A stretch of 64,000 nucleotides of DNA, taken from positions 1 through 64,000 of the IMG/VR virus record IMGVR_UViG_3300044624_001054. One strand, given 5' to 3'. Below, piece by piece: positions 20,583 to 29,321 of the stretch; the stretch's first letter is position 1, and each line of letters opens with the position of its first letter. Source of the stretch: a virus. Below the pieces are notes generated by a model. That model ran no database searches. It saw nothing but the letters and a program-made list of their open reading frames with translations, and was not told where the DNA came from. The translations under genes were made by a program, and so were the position numbers.

Positions 20583-20795
20583 ATGATCACAATTAAAGAA
20601 CTTCATGCGTATAAAAAATTATCTGAAATGGGTCTTGTACCATCTTTAGTTTGCCCAATAGATGTTTTACACAATGAAATTTTTCCATGGACTGATGAAG
20701 AAGATAAAGTATGTTTATGGTGTATTTATTGTAATTCTAAAGTTTATCTAGGATCTGAAAGAGAAGATTATATTAGGTCGTTACTTGGTCAGTAA
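20583..20795 (+). CDS. Small Zn-binding hypothetical protein, probably leaderless
   Basis: CPxD..H and CxxC motifs; TGATATCAT 6 nt before the ATG. Confidence 0.55.
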   Translation: MITIKELHAYKKLSEMGLVPSLVCPIDVLHNEIFPWTDEEDKVCLWCIYCNSKVYLGSEREDYIRSLLGQ

Positions 20796-21114
20796 CGAAA
20801 ATATTACCTGCCATTAAAGTAGTTACTACACCAGTTACCGTTTGAAACTGAACATCATAAACCCAGTTTTTCTTTGCATCAAGTAGTGAAGATTCAGATG
20901 ACGGTAGTGTAAAAAGAACTCTTCCCGCAGAGGCAGATGTAATGCTAGCACTAAAGTCGGCTGTTGTTATAGCCGCACCTTTTTCTTTTATGGCTCCTGT
21001 AAAAATAGATTCTGAAGGTATTGCGTAAGCGCTACCTGAGGCATTAAGAGTTAAACTAAACTGTAAAGTGTCACCCTTATATAACTGAAAAGAATTGTAT
21101 GCAGGCATTGTCAT
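20773..21114 (-). CDS. Putative virion protein (BppU-N-like Ig domain)
   Basis: LYKGDT...G.V.FTL...WVYDVQ...TLMAGNIFV. Confidence 0.55.
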   Translation of the reverse strand: MTMPAYNSFQLYKGDTLQFSLTLNASGSAYAIPSESIFTGAIKEKGAAITTADFSASITSASAGRVLFTLPSSESSLLDAKKNWVYDVQFQTVTGVVTTLMAGNIFVTDQVTT

Positions 21115-21488
21115 CTTTGTGCTACCACCTTATATCCAGTAAGATTTATTAGAGCCTTAATATTAACATAGTTTGTACTTTCGTTTACAACATCTGCGAT
21201 GACAAGGCTATTCTGTTGATCAAAAACATTAACAATTACATTTTGATAATTTAAGTTATGATAAAAGAAATGATTGAAGTAATTATTTGATGAGGTAGTA
21301 AGAGTTAATGTTCCAGAGGCGGTAAGAGTAACAGCATCCGTCAATGCGTTTACTGACGTTACGGCTGCGCCAGTCACTATCGCAGAACTTAAATTAAGTT
21401 GAATGGTATCTACCGTTGATTGGTAGTCAATATTAATATTGTCTACTGCATCGGAGTACGTTATAGAAATGTTATCAATATCAGGCAT
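21111..21488 (-). CDS. Hypothetical structural-like protein
   Basis: VTSVN..T.AVTL, HNLN...V.V.D. Confidence 0.5.
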   Translation of the reverse strand: MPDIDNISITYSDAVDNINIDYQSTVDTIQLNLSSAIVTGAAVTSVNALTDAVTLTASGTLTLTTSSNNYFNHFFYHNLNYQNVIVNVFDQQNSLVIADVVNESTNYVNIKALINLTGYKVVAQR

Positions 21489-21844
21489 TAGTTACTCCTA
21501 GATTCAAGTTTTTCTACCCTTTTTTCAATCCTGTTAATTGCATCTCTGAGAGAAGTTCCAGAGTTTGGCTTAAGTTCTTTATCTATATTATCTAAATTAA
21601 ACTCTACTGTTTTAAACTTAGAGTCTACTTTTTCTAGACAAGATTCTATTCTACCTAGACGTTCTGAAAATCCTGGCCTAGCAGGGAATCCTGGTCTCTC
21701 TTCTTCACCAAAATAATCATCAAAGAAGTGGACTATTCTTTTTATAAACTTACTACTTTTAACTGTAGCAACAATGATTATAGTTGCGGCGGTGATAAGT
21801 GCAGCAATTGCTATTATGTTTTCTGTTATTAGCCAGTTTGTCAT
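21488..21844 (-). CDS. Membrane protein with coiled coil (lysis-cassette associated)
   Basis: N-terminal transmembrane helix; ELKPNSGTSLRDAINRIE motif seen near actinophage lysins. Confidence 0.6.
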   Translation of the reverse strand: MTNWLITENIIAIAALITAATIIIVATVKSSKFIKRIVHFFDDYFGEEERPGFPARPGFSERLGRIESCLEKVDSKFKTVEFNLDNIDKELKPNSGTSLRDAINRIEKRVEKLESRSN

Positions 21845-21868
21845 ATTCAGTTGTCACCTACTATTAAA

Positions 21869-22840
21869 TTATGGTTTATCCTTTCCAAATAACTTAATCC
21901 AGGTGGTCTTGTTAGGAAGACCGTCACGACGATCTTCTTTGATTCCGATTGACTCTTGGTATAACTTAAGAGCGGCTGTTGGGAATGATTGCTTTCCTAC
22001 AGCGAGCGGCTTTTGCTTACGGAATCCAAGATCATATAGGCGGCAGGCTACTCGCCATGAAGCCTTATTCTTTAGTTTTTCTGTAGCAGCCTTTGTTGCA
22101 ATAGAGCGGGAAGGAATAGTGCCGTCCCAAGTGGAAGCCTTTAGTCTATACTTTCTTGCCTCGTTACGCCAGAATTCCTGGTCATACCATTGGCGCAAAG
22201 TATCATTCTTGCGATAACGATATGGGCCATAGTTCTTTTCACCAAGGTATGGACCTGAGTCAGTCCAGTCTCCGTGTGTGATAATACGAGATCCATCTTC
22301 AGGCCACTCACAAAGATCCCAAAGAGCAGCAAGAGTTCTACCGACTTGCTCTACCTGATAAGCGTTAATAGTATTTGATTGACCTGGGTCATCTATTTCA
22401 ATGCCCCATGCACGCCAATGTAGAACATTTCCTGTACCTACACCTACTGCGCTCCAAGGTCCACCGTCGCCGCTGTGGTATGTCCCTCCAGCGCTAAGAT
22501 ACCAGTTACTACCTCTATCTTTTCCGACTAGTTGGTTCGCAACCATCATGGGGGCAAAAGCATTTACAGCCCAGTAAAGTGATGGCGCACCGTTTCCGTT
22601 TACAGCAGATTGAGTTGAAGTGTGATGGACTACACAGGCTTGCAAGCCATTACTCCATGATTGCCCTTTCTTATCCCAATCTTTATAGAATTGAGCATCA
22701 ACACCGTGATCGATGAGGGCTTGACGAATTTGGGTGGGAGTAGGATTAACCATTGGGGTCCTCATTCTTATCAGACGCTGGGAAGGGGAGTTCATCTTGT
22801 TCTGGAGCCCATCCAGCAGGAACTGGCTGGTTTGTATCAA
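21869..22840 (-). CDS. Endolysin, N-acetylmuramoyl-L-alanine amidase with C-terminal cell-wall-binding domain
   Basis: VVHHT, HSG.G, GIEI, IITHGDW, KND; C-terminal ALKLYQ...DG.P...TW. True start probably downstream of 22840. Confidence 0.8.
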   Translation of the reverse strand: MIQTSQFLLDGLQNKMNSPSQRLIRMRTPMVNPTPTQIRQALIDHGVDAQFYKDWDKKGQSWSNGLQACVVHHTSTQSAVNGNGAPSLYWAVNAFAPMMVANQLVGKDRGSNWYLSAGGTYHSGDGGPWSAVGVGTGNVLHWRAWGIEIDDPGQSNTINAYQVEQVGRTLAALWDLCEWPEDGSRIITHGDWTDSGPYLGEKNYGPYRYRKNDTLRQWYDQEFWRNEARKYRLKASTWDGTIPSRSIATKAATEKLKNKASWRVACRLYDLGFRKQKPLAVGKQSFPTAALKLYQESIGIKEDRRDGLPNKTTWIKLFGKDKP

Positions 22841-22869
22841 TATCGGCTAGATCAAGATCACCGTTAACT

Positions 22870-23094
22870 TCAGGCATCCTTCTTTGCTCCTATTCCATAG
22901 CGTGTATCTCTTGGATTAAGGTAATTGAAAGCAGCAACGGCAACGGCAGCAATAGCAGCACCAGCAATACCCTTCCAGCCTTCTAGGGTAACATCAAAGA
23001 CGTTCACTCCAAGACCGATAAATGCGGCTAAGGCTGAAGAAATGAAAATAGTTAATAACGTTTTGGTAACTTGTAATGCTTCCTCTTTACTCAT
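22870..23094 (-). CDS. Holin
   Basis: Two transmembrane helices and YLNPRDTRYG tail, next to the endolysin. Confidence 0.7.
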   Translation of the reverse strand: MSKEEALQVTKTLLTIFISSALAAFIGLGVNVFDVTLEGWKGIAGAAIAAVAVAAFNYLNPRDTRYGIGAKKDA

Positions 23095-23262
23095 TCTGCT
23101 ACAATCCTTTCATATATAAAGATGTTAAAGATATTGAATATGTTAAATTTCTAACATTTAAATATAAGTATACTTTCTTCTATATTATTAAAAACACACA
23201 GCACGAATCAGAACCGGAACAAAAACAATACTACAATATAACTACAACTCCTAAGGAGAAAA

Positions 23263-23505
23263 ATGAATACCATGACACAAGAATCAGCATCTGCAACAGT
23301 GGACCAAAATGTCTTAACAAGGCAAGATCGCTGTGACACAGGTAACTGTCCTGCACAAGCATGGGTATTGGTAAAATTTCTTTCGGGAGAATTGTTGTTT
23401 TGTTCCCACCACTTTGATAAATTTGAAGCCGCACTAATTAAGGATGCCTATGAAGTCATTGACGAAAGGCATCGAATAAATGCAAAGTCTGAATCTTCTG
23501 CATAA
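23263..23505 (+). CDS. Small actinobacterial-type Zn-binding protein
   Basis: LT..DRCD...C.AQA.V...GELLFC.HH; RBS AAGGAG. Confidence 0.65.
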   Translation: MNTMTQESASATVDQNVLTRQDRCDTGNCPAQAWVLVKFLSGELLFCSHHFDKFEAALIKDAYEVIDERHRINAKSESSA

Positions 23506-23517
23506 TTAAATAGTCTC

Positions 23518-23591
23518 GCGGCGGTGGCCAAGTTGGTTAAGGCGTCACTCTTATAAGGTGAAGATCGTGGGTTCAAGTCCCACCCGCCGTA
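23518..23591 (+). tRNA. tRNA-Ile(UAU)
   Basis: Acceptor GCGGCGG/CCGCCGT, anticodon loop CTTATAA, T-loop TTCAAGT. Confidence 0.85.
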
Positions 23592-23596
23592 CTCAA

Positions 23597-23669
23597 GTGC
23601 CTGTGGCGCAACGGATAGCGCAAATGGTTTCTACCCATTAGGTTGGGGGTTCGAATCCCTCCAGGCACA
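23597..23669 (+). tRNA. tRNA-Arg(UCU)
   Basis: Acceptor GTGCCTG/CAGGCAC, loop TTTCTAC, T-loop TTCGAAT. Confidence 0.9.
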
Positions 23670-23673
23670 CTTA

Positions 23674-23760
23674 GGAAGTATGGCAGAGTGGTTATTGCAA
23701 CGGTTTGCTAAACCGTGATCGGGTAATACTGATCCATAGGTTCGAATCCTATTACTTCCG
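23674..23760 (+). tRNA. tRNA-Ser(GCU)
   Basis: Acceptor GGAAGTA/TACTTCC, loop TTGCTAA, long variable arm. Confidence 0.9.
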
Positions 23761-23832
23761 CTCTATGCACAAAGTCGAAATCGAAAGCCGAAATGAGAAT
23801 GCACTATACTGTCCCTGACGATTGGATCTTCT

Positions 23833-24522
23833 TTGAATATCGATGTTCTAGATAAAGGTTATGTTAGATTAATTAATACTCTTGGTACTGATGTAGATGT
23901 TGTAAATTCTGCAAGAGTCTCTTTTGATAAATCTGTTTCTTCACTCTCTCGCCTTGACTTTAATCTTATTGACTATTTGATTAAGAATAAGCATGATTCT
24001 GTTTTGAGACATTGTGCTATGACCTTTGAAGTTTATGCCCCACTTTTCGTCGCACGGCAATGGTGGAAGCACCATGTATCTGCGACAAGTGTGGATGACC
24101 AAAACGGCTGGAACGAATCCTCTCGTCGTTACGTTACCGAAGAACCAGAGTTCTACATTCCTGGCTCCTGGAGGGCCACAGCGGAGAATAAAAAACAAGG
24201 CAGCAGCGGAGAGGTAGACCCACTTATTTCGGCTAAGTACAATAAACTTTTAGGTTATTTTGCAGAGACAGGAATCCATGCATATGATTCTGCTATGAAG
24301 GATGGAGTGGCGGTAGAACAAGCAAGACTATTTCTTCCTGCTTATGCTATGTATGTAAGATGGAGATGGACGGCTTCTCTCAATGCACTCCTCCATTTTG
24401 TATCTTTACGCCTTGATAGTCACGCACAATGGGAAATGCAACAATACGCTACCGCTATCGCGGCAGCGGTGAAGGAGAAGTTTCCATCAACGTATGCTAG
24501 TTGGGAAAAACATCGTGTCTGA
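23833..24522 (+). CDS. thyX: Flavin-dependent thymidylate synthase
   Basis: VNSARVSF, APLFVARQW..H, NESSRRY, EQAR..LP, LR...HAQWE. Confidence 0.92.
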   Translation: MNIDVLDKGYVRLINTLGTDVDVVNSARVSFDKSVSSLSRLDFNLIDYLIKNKHDSVLRHCAMTFEVYAPLFVARQWWKHHVSATSVDDQNGWNESSRRYVTEEPEFYIPGSWRATAENKKQGSSGEVDPLISAKYNKLLGYFAETGIHAYDSAMKDGVAVEQARLFLPAYAMYVRWRWTASLNALLHFVSLRLDSHAQWEMQQYATAIAAAVKEKFPSTYASWEKHRV

Positions 24523-24736
24523 CGAGCAGGGTCGTGATCAAATGAACGATATCAATGATAATTTCGGAGCAGTAACGTATATTATGCTTGGACGTATATA
24601 CGATATGCTAGTATTGATAGCAGATGCAGTAGGCAAGGGAGAGGATGCCTTGCAATTGATCAATTTGCATTCGCAAGGTCAACTAATGGCTCCCCCGCCG
24701 TCTTTAATGTTAGAAGATGAGAATGACAAGGAATGA
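24494..24736 (+). CDS. Hypothetical protein
   Basis: ORF overlapping the thyX end; start uncertain. Confidence 0.5.
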   Translation: MLVGKNIVSDEQGRDQMNDINDNFGAVTYIMLGRIYDMLVLIADAVGKGEDALQLINLHSQGQLMAPPPSLMLEDENDKE

Positions 24737-25079
24737 AAAACGTAATATTCAAAGAGCAGCCAAATGGCGTCGCTCTGGACGAATAAAGGTATCAAGAGGA
24801 TGTGAGAGTGGCAGTTGTCCACTTCCGTCCGATTTTTTATTTGAACCTGTAGATTTAGACTTTGATCATATTGATGCTAATTTAAAGAAAGCCAATGTGT
24901 CCGATTTAATCCGTTCCGACTATGCATGGCCTACCATTCAATATGAAATTGACAAATGTCGTGTTATTTGCAAATTATGTCATGCACGACATTCCCGTGA
25001 TACCCGCGCTTCTTATAATCAGCATAGGACCCCCGTTTATGATGAGCCTACTAGCATTTTACATTTCCTAGGCATATAG
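24717..25079 (+). CDS. HNH endonuclease
   Basis: C...C, LDFDH, EIDKC.V.C..CH..H. Confidence 0.75.
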   Translation: MRMTRNEKRNIQRAAKWRRSGRIKVSRGCESGSCPLPSDFLFEPVDLDFDHIDANLKKANVSDLIRSDYAWPTIQYEIDKCRVICKLCHARHSRDTRASYNQHRTPVYDEPTSILHFLGI

Positions 25080-25308
25080 GCACGATCTTGCCTATTACTG
25101 CATTATAGTGCAGTATATTCTTATTTTTAATGCATTCTAGTGCAGTATAGGAATGATCGTTCCTATTAGACCATTTGCCGAACTTCTACCATACCGTTCG
25201 TCGTTATCAAATTGTTACCTTTTAATTTCATGAAAATGTTAATAAAATTTTATTATGTATAATGCACGAATTTAAGTGACTCCTTTCAGAGTCACTAGTG
25301 CGCCCATA

Positions 25309-25482
25309 CTAGACGCAGTAGTCACAGAAGACGGCGATATTGGTCGCCCACTCCAGCGTGTCGTCCATCGTGCAGACGAAACGGTCACACTCGCAAGTGC
25401 CTGCGAGAGTCAAGATCTCGTCATCCTTGCGAATGCCGATCATGTCAAGTACCTGGGTCATGTTCACCTCCTTAATGCTCAT
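25309..25482 (-). CDS. Small Cys-rich early protein
   Basis: Not in the ORF track. (MSIKEVN)MTQVLDMIGIRKDDEILTLAGTCECDRFVC...FCDYCV; RBS AAGGAGGTGA before ATG 25461, in-frame leaderless ATG at 25482. Confidence 0.65.
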   Translation of the reverse strand: MSIKEVNMTQVLDMIGIRKDDEILTLAGTCECDRFVCTMDDTLEWATNIAVFCDYCV

Positions 25483-25488
25483 AGGTAG

Positions 25489-25510
25489 AACCTACCATGA
25501 CCGTCCGACA
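25489..25510 (-). promoter_or_regulatory. PafBC/RecA-NDp-type promoter, leftward
   Basis: TGTCGG ACGGTCATGG TAGGTT on the minus strand, ATG 6 nt downstream. Confidence 0.7.
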
Positions 25511-25832
25511 TTCTGGGGCATAATGCGATATTCTTTGGTAACGATTAGGTTACAGCATAATGCGATTCTCTAGGCGCAAGATTCTGCTAGCATAATGCGG
25601 ATTCTAGACTTGACTTTCCTCCAGAAGGCGTGCCGGGCCGCGAATCGGACATATCGGATGATAACATTTACGTTACGATCTAAAAAACTCACGGCGTGTC
25701 GCTTGACATACAATTCGGACATAACGATCACTAAAACTTTTTTTAAATTGTTTTTAACCATGTCCGTTTTACCCTAGTTTGTATACCCCCTAGGGTAGGG
25801 TGAATGTCAGACCCCTATGATTGAATAGTTCC

Positions 25833-26003
25833 ATGAGCAAGCGAGAGGAGGTGACAGGGATGAGGTTCACTAAGGCTACCGTTCGCACTATCGTCAAGAA
25901 TGCGCGTTGCAATGATTGTGGTGAGAAGCACTACGATTCTATGGCTATCGTCAATGACGAGATCATGTGCGCTAATTGCCATAACGCTAAGGCGTTCGCC
26001 TAA
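25833..26003 (+). CDS. Small Zn-finger early protein
   Basis: CNDCG...CANCH, downstream of promoter 25805. Confidence 0.6.
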   Translation: MSKREEVTGMRFTKATVRTIVKNARCNDCGEKHYDSMAIVNDEIMCANCHNAKAFA

Positions 26004-26108
26004 CAACTAAATATTCCTAGGCAAATAAACCGCTTCGGGCGGGTGAGCCCTAGGCCAGACTGTCAGACCCCCCTGCTAGGGTAGGGGGTAGAAAGAAAGG
26101 GGTAGCAC

Positions 26109-26291
26109 ATGGCTACTAATGGATACCGCGCCGTGCGGATCGACGGCTTCGGATACGCTCCGATTGCATACACCCGTTGGACTACCCGCGAGGAGGCTAT
26201 GGCATACGCTCGCTATGCACAGCGTACTCGCGTGGGCGAGTGGGCCATACAGTCCAAGCGCAAGGTCATCCATAGGGTGGTGGGAGCATGA
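26109..26291 (+). CDS. Small early protein
   Basis: RBS AAAGGGG, downstream of promoter 26061. Confidence 0.6.
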   Translation: MATNGYRAVRIDGFGYAPIAYTRWTTREEAMAYARYAQRTRVGEWAIQSKRKVIHRVVGA

Positions 26292-26409
26292 TCGGCTTCG
26301 CACGCATTGACTACGCCGCTGCAGCACAGCAGCGTGAAGATTGGAAGGCGTGGCTGCAGGCTAAGGCTGCAGAGCGTAGACTGTCAGACCCTAGTGCTAA
26401 GGTGGAAGC

Positions 26410-26505
26410 ATGAGAACATTCGCGCAGCACGCGCTATCATTCGTCATCATCGGCGGTATCCTTATCGCCATGGCAATCGCTGGTGGAATAGAGGGAGCAT
26501 TCTAA
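26410..26505 (+). CDS. Leaderless 31-aa membrane peptide
   Basis: MRTFAQHALSFVIIGGILIAMAIAGGIEGAF, ATG 6 nt after the -10. Confidence 0.55.
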   Translation: MRTFAQHALSFVIIGGILIAMAIAGGIEGAF

Positions 26506-26780
26506 TGATTACCCGTGTAGAGTCCTACGGAACTAGCAACCTCATCAATGCTAAGGCTGCCCTCGCGCATCCCATGGCAGATGAGGTGTCTATCGCTCTA
26601 GGTGATGGAGCATACGCACGTTTTCCGCATACCGTCGAACTTGCATTCTTCAAGAATGGCGAGTGGGTTACTGAGCCTCTGCCAGAGTTGGCAGACTACT
26701 ACTCGCATGAAGTGTACCCCTACGTTTCCCTCATCGACTTCGCAATGTTCATGGAGAACTTCGGAACGGGGGAGGAGTGA
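26505..26780 (+). CDS. Hypothetical early protein
   Basis: TAATG overlap start with GAGGGAG RBS; MITRVESYG... Confidence 0.6.
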   Translation: MITRVESYGTSNLINAKAALAHPMADEVSIALGDGAYARFPHTVELAFFKNGEWVTEPLPELADYYSHEVYPYVSLIDFAMFMENFGTGEE

Positions 26781-26835
26781 TCATCATCATGGGAATCGTG
26801 TCTGCATTCCTTCTACTTGGAGTAGCCATAGGTCT

Positions 26836-26864
26836 AAAAAACCCTTGAAAATAAAGGGTTTTTT
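26836..26864. terminator. Bidirectional intrinsic terminator-like hairpin
   Basis: AAAAAACCCTT...AAGGGTTTTTT. Confidence 0.6.
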
Positions 26865-27090
26865 CGCACTTGACAAATTGCCAAGTGCGGGCCGGGTCCG
26901 CAATTTGGACATATCACCTAGGTTACGATTACGTTACGATGATCACGAATCACGGCATGTCGATTTGACAGACATATTGGACATATCACCGTTACCAACC
27001 TGTTATGAAAGTTGTCCGATTTGTATAGGTTTTGGATTAGGTAAATGTCAGTCCCCCATGATAGGTTGTACCTAGATAGAAAGGAACGAA

Positions 27091-27279
27091 ATGAACAACA
27101 CTCTCCATTCCCACCTCGTCTGTTGCTTCTGCGACAACGAGATCGGCTTCGATACCCGCGTGTGCGGAACGTGTCATGACTATAAGGGCATCATGACCGT
27201 GGAAGCCTTTGAGGACTACCTCAAGGTCGCCTATGATTGCGATTGCTTGTCAGACCTAGATGATAAGGTGTCAGCATGA
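27091..27279 (+). CDS. Small Cys-rich early protein
   Basis: CCFCD...CGTC; RBS AAAGGA. Confidence 0.6.
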   Translation: MNNTLHSHLVCCFCDNEIGFDTRVCGTCHDYKGIMTVEAFEDYLKVAYDCDCLSDLDDKVSA

Positions 27280-27554
27280 TTGATTCAGTAGCACGCATCG
27301 TTAGCACTCCCCTTCGTGAGTGCCCCCCGCTCTTTGAGTACGTTCTCAATGAGGGACCTGTCATGCAACTCGCTTGGCTTTCAGTAGAGCCAGAGGATGA
27401 TGATTGGTTTACCGTCACGTTTGTCGCCAATGGCGCGACGATCAAGTCACGCGGTGACGCGGAAACTCTTTGGCTTAGGCCAGAGGATAAGGATGATCCT
27501 GTGATTCAGGCGGAACTGATTACAGGTCTGGCTTCGATGGGGTTGGAGTTCTAA
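27276..27554 (+). CDS. Hypothetical early protein, leaderless
   Basis: ATG 6 nt after the -10 of promoter 27248. Confidence 0.6.
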   Translation: MIDSVARIVSTPLRECPPLFEYVLNEGPVMQLAWLSVEPEDDDWFTVTFVANGATIKSRGDAETLWLRPEDKDDPVIQAELITGLASMGLEF

Positions 27555-27757
27555 TGCCTAACGTAAAAGTCATTGACCGCCGTCCATTCGATATCAATAT
27601 GACCATGCAATGGAATGACATTCAGGAATTGCTCACACGCGCAGATCGTATGTGGGCATGTGCAGATAATCCAGCAGACTTTCAGGTGCTGGAACACATA
27701 GAGCAAACGCTGCAAGGTCTCGCAGATTCTATTCGAAAAAGACTTGACAAATCCTGA
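27554..27757 (+). CDS. Hypothetical early protein
   Basis: Overlapping start with GGAG RBS. Confidence 0.55.
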   Translation: MPNVKVIDRRPFDINMTMQWNDIQELLTRADRMWACADNPADFQVLEHIEQTLQGLADSIRKRLDKS

Positions 27758-27810
27758 AAGACGGGCCGGGCCGCGTTGTAAAAATGTTATATAAATAATT
27801 ACGTTACGAC

Positions 27811-27839
27811 TTGACAAGTCACGGGAATTTTGATAGGTT
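27811..27839 (+). promoter_or_regulatory. SigA-type promoter
   Basis: TTGACA-17-TAGGTT. Similar promoters at 29654 (TTGACA-18-TAGGAT), 30856 (TTGACC-17-TACTTT) and 35325 (TTGACC-17-TATACT). Confidence 0.65.
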
Positions 27840-27861
27840 CGACCTGTCGAAAGGAGGCAGC

Positions 27862-27987
27862 ATGGGTTCTGTCATTATTCCCGTCGCGTGCGACTGGCAC
27901 GCAGTCTACTCCATCCATGAGGATGGCGTATGGTATGGCCTCTACTGCGAGGAGTGTGATGAAACCTACCCGCCTGTGGCGGAGTAG
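27862..27987 (+). CDS. Small early protein (41 aa)
   Basis: RBS AAGGAGG; MGSVIIPVACDWH...YCEECD. Confidence 0.6.
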   Translation: MGSVIIPVACDWHAVYSIHEDGVWYGLYCEECDETYPPVAE

Positions 27988-28047
27988 GCCCGGCTCGCTG
28001 TCAGACCCCCGTGATAGGCTTACGATACGTTCTACGAAAGGATCGAA

Positions 28048-28179
28048 ATGGCTCGCTGTGAAGACTACCCGTGCTGTGGCCACACCGATGGCCTTGGCTG
28101 CAACTATGTCCCCGATATGGACTTCTACTATGAGCAGGCCCGTCGCCGTCTTGATGACGACTACTATGACTACTACTGA
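28048..28179 (+). CDS. Small Cys-rich early protein (43 aa)
   Basis: RBS AAAGGA; MARCEDYPCCGH... Confidence 0.6.
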   Translation: MARCEDYPCCGHTDGLGCNYVPDMDFYYEQARRRLDDDYYDYY

Positions 28180-28246
28180 AAGGCCCCGGCCCAGACTGTC
28201 AGACCCCTATGCTAGTCTTACGACACACCTACGAAAGGACACGAAA

Positions 28247-28369
28247 ATGGGCGAGGATATCATGTGCGATCTGTGGTTTGAGTCGCAGTACGAGGTTCCT
28301 GAGTTTGATCCGTGGGAGGCGGAGGCAGAGGTCATCATGGCCCAATGGGATGAGCCTGACTTCTTCTGA
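28247..28369 (+). CDS. Small acidic early protein
   Basis: RBS AAAGGA; MGEDIMCDLWFESQYEVPEFDPWEAEAE... Confidence 0.55.
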   Translation: MGEDIMCDLWFESQYEVPEFDPWEAEAEVIMAQWDEPDFF

Positions 28370-28485
28370 AGTCAGCCCCGGCCCGAAAATTCTCACATTG
28401 TCAAGTCTTACGATGTGACTTAAGACACACACGAAAACGGTCACGGGAATGCCTGACTGTCAGACCCCTATGGTAAGGTGAAGTC

Positions 28486-28733
28486 ATGAACCTAGAAGAA
28501 CTATACGAGAACTTCCTCCGTTTGGAGGCCACCCTAGACCTTGACCCCAACCCTTGGGTGTCAGACCCCCATGATAAGGTAGGTGCATGATGACAACGGT
28601 TGAGTTTGAGAAGGCATGGCTTGACGTTTACTACATGTTGGAGGACAACGCCTTCGACTATGCGCGGTGCATGTATCTGGACGACGGCACTCTGATTGTT
28701 GATGGGGTGCGCTATGAGGAGGTGCCTTTCTAA
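28486..28733 (+). CDS. Two consecutive leaderless small ORFs (28486-28590 and 28587-28733)
   Basis: Each ATG lies 6 nt after a TGTCAG-N10-TAAGGT promoter. Confidence 0.55.
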
Positions 28734-29105
28734 TGCAGAATATCTACAAGGTGTACTACCTTGGGCAGTACATGTGTTCATTCTTTGAGCGTGATGCTGC
28801 GCTCAACTGGATTGTCGATCTCGTTGCTGAAGGCGAGGGGGATTTCGGTGACTACGAGATTCTAGATGGGAGTGACTTCCTATGAGTTACCACCCCATCA
28901 CTCACGATGAATTCGATCAGATATTGCGCGAGTCGGAGATTCGTTGTCGGACCCTCATGATAGGATCTTTCCATGTTGAGAAGCAGGAAGCAGGCAGGAA
29001 AGCACAAGACTAATTGCTACTTTGGCTGCTGCCGTAGCATGACCAAGAAGCAGGAACGTCGCTACATCAAGCGGCGGGAAACTAACGAGTGGAAGAAGGA
29101 TCAGA

Positions 29106-29321
29106 ATGTGGCAGGATAAGGCAGCGTGCGCTGGAATGGATTCTAGCGTGTTCCTTTCGGGAGTGACCTCCCGCGTAAACATTGCTAAGGCGGTATGTGC
29201 ATCATGCCCCGTCATCCAAGAGTGCCTAGCGTTTGCACTTGCTAACGAGGACTATGAGCCCCATGTCTATGGTGGCATGACAGGTGAAGAGCGTAAGCGC
29301 ATTGCATTGGCGGTGGCATGA
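29106..29321 (+). CDS. WhiB-family transcription factor
   Basis: WQDKAAC...AKAVCASCPVIQECL.FAL...VYGGMT.EER. Confidence 0.88.
   Translation: MWQDKAACAGMDSSVFLSGVTSRVNIAKAVCASCPVIQECLAFALANEDYEPHVYGGMTGEERKRIALAVA

Noticed and set aside
150-22986. Plus-strand ORFs of the track overlapping minus-strand genes (e.g. 575-883, 8468-8812, 12321-12650, 19125-19637, 21774-22217)
   Set aside because: Antisense shadows of well-supported genes, with no RBS or recognisable motifs. The same applies to most minus-strand ORFs in the island and plus-strand ORFs beyond 38 kb.
27830-28369. 179-aa ORF from the track, and the long forms of 26307-26780 and 33991-34458
   Set aside because: They read through promoters, cassettes or tRNAs; shorter RBS-supported ORFs explain these regions better.
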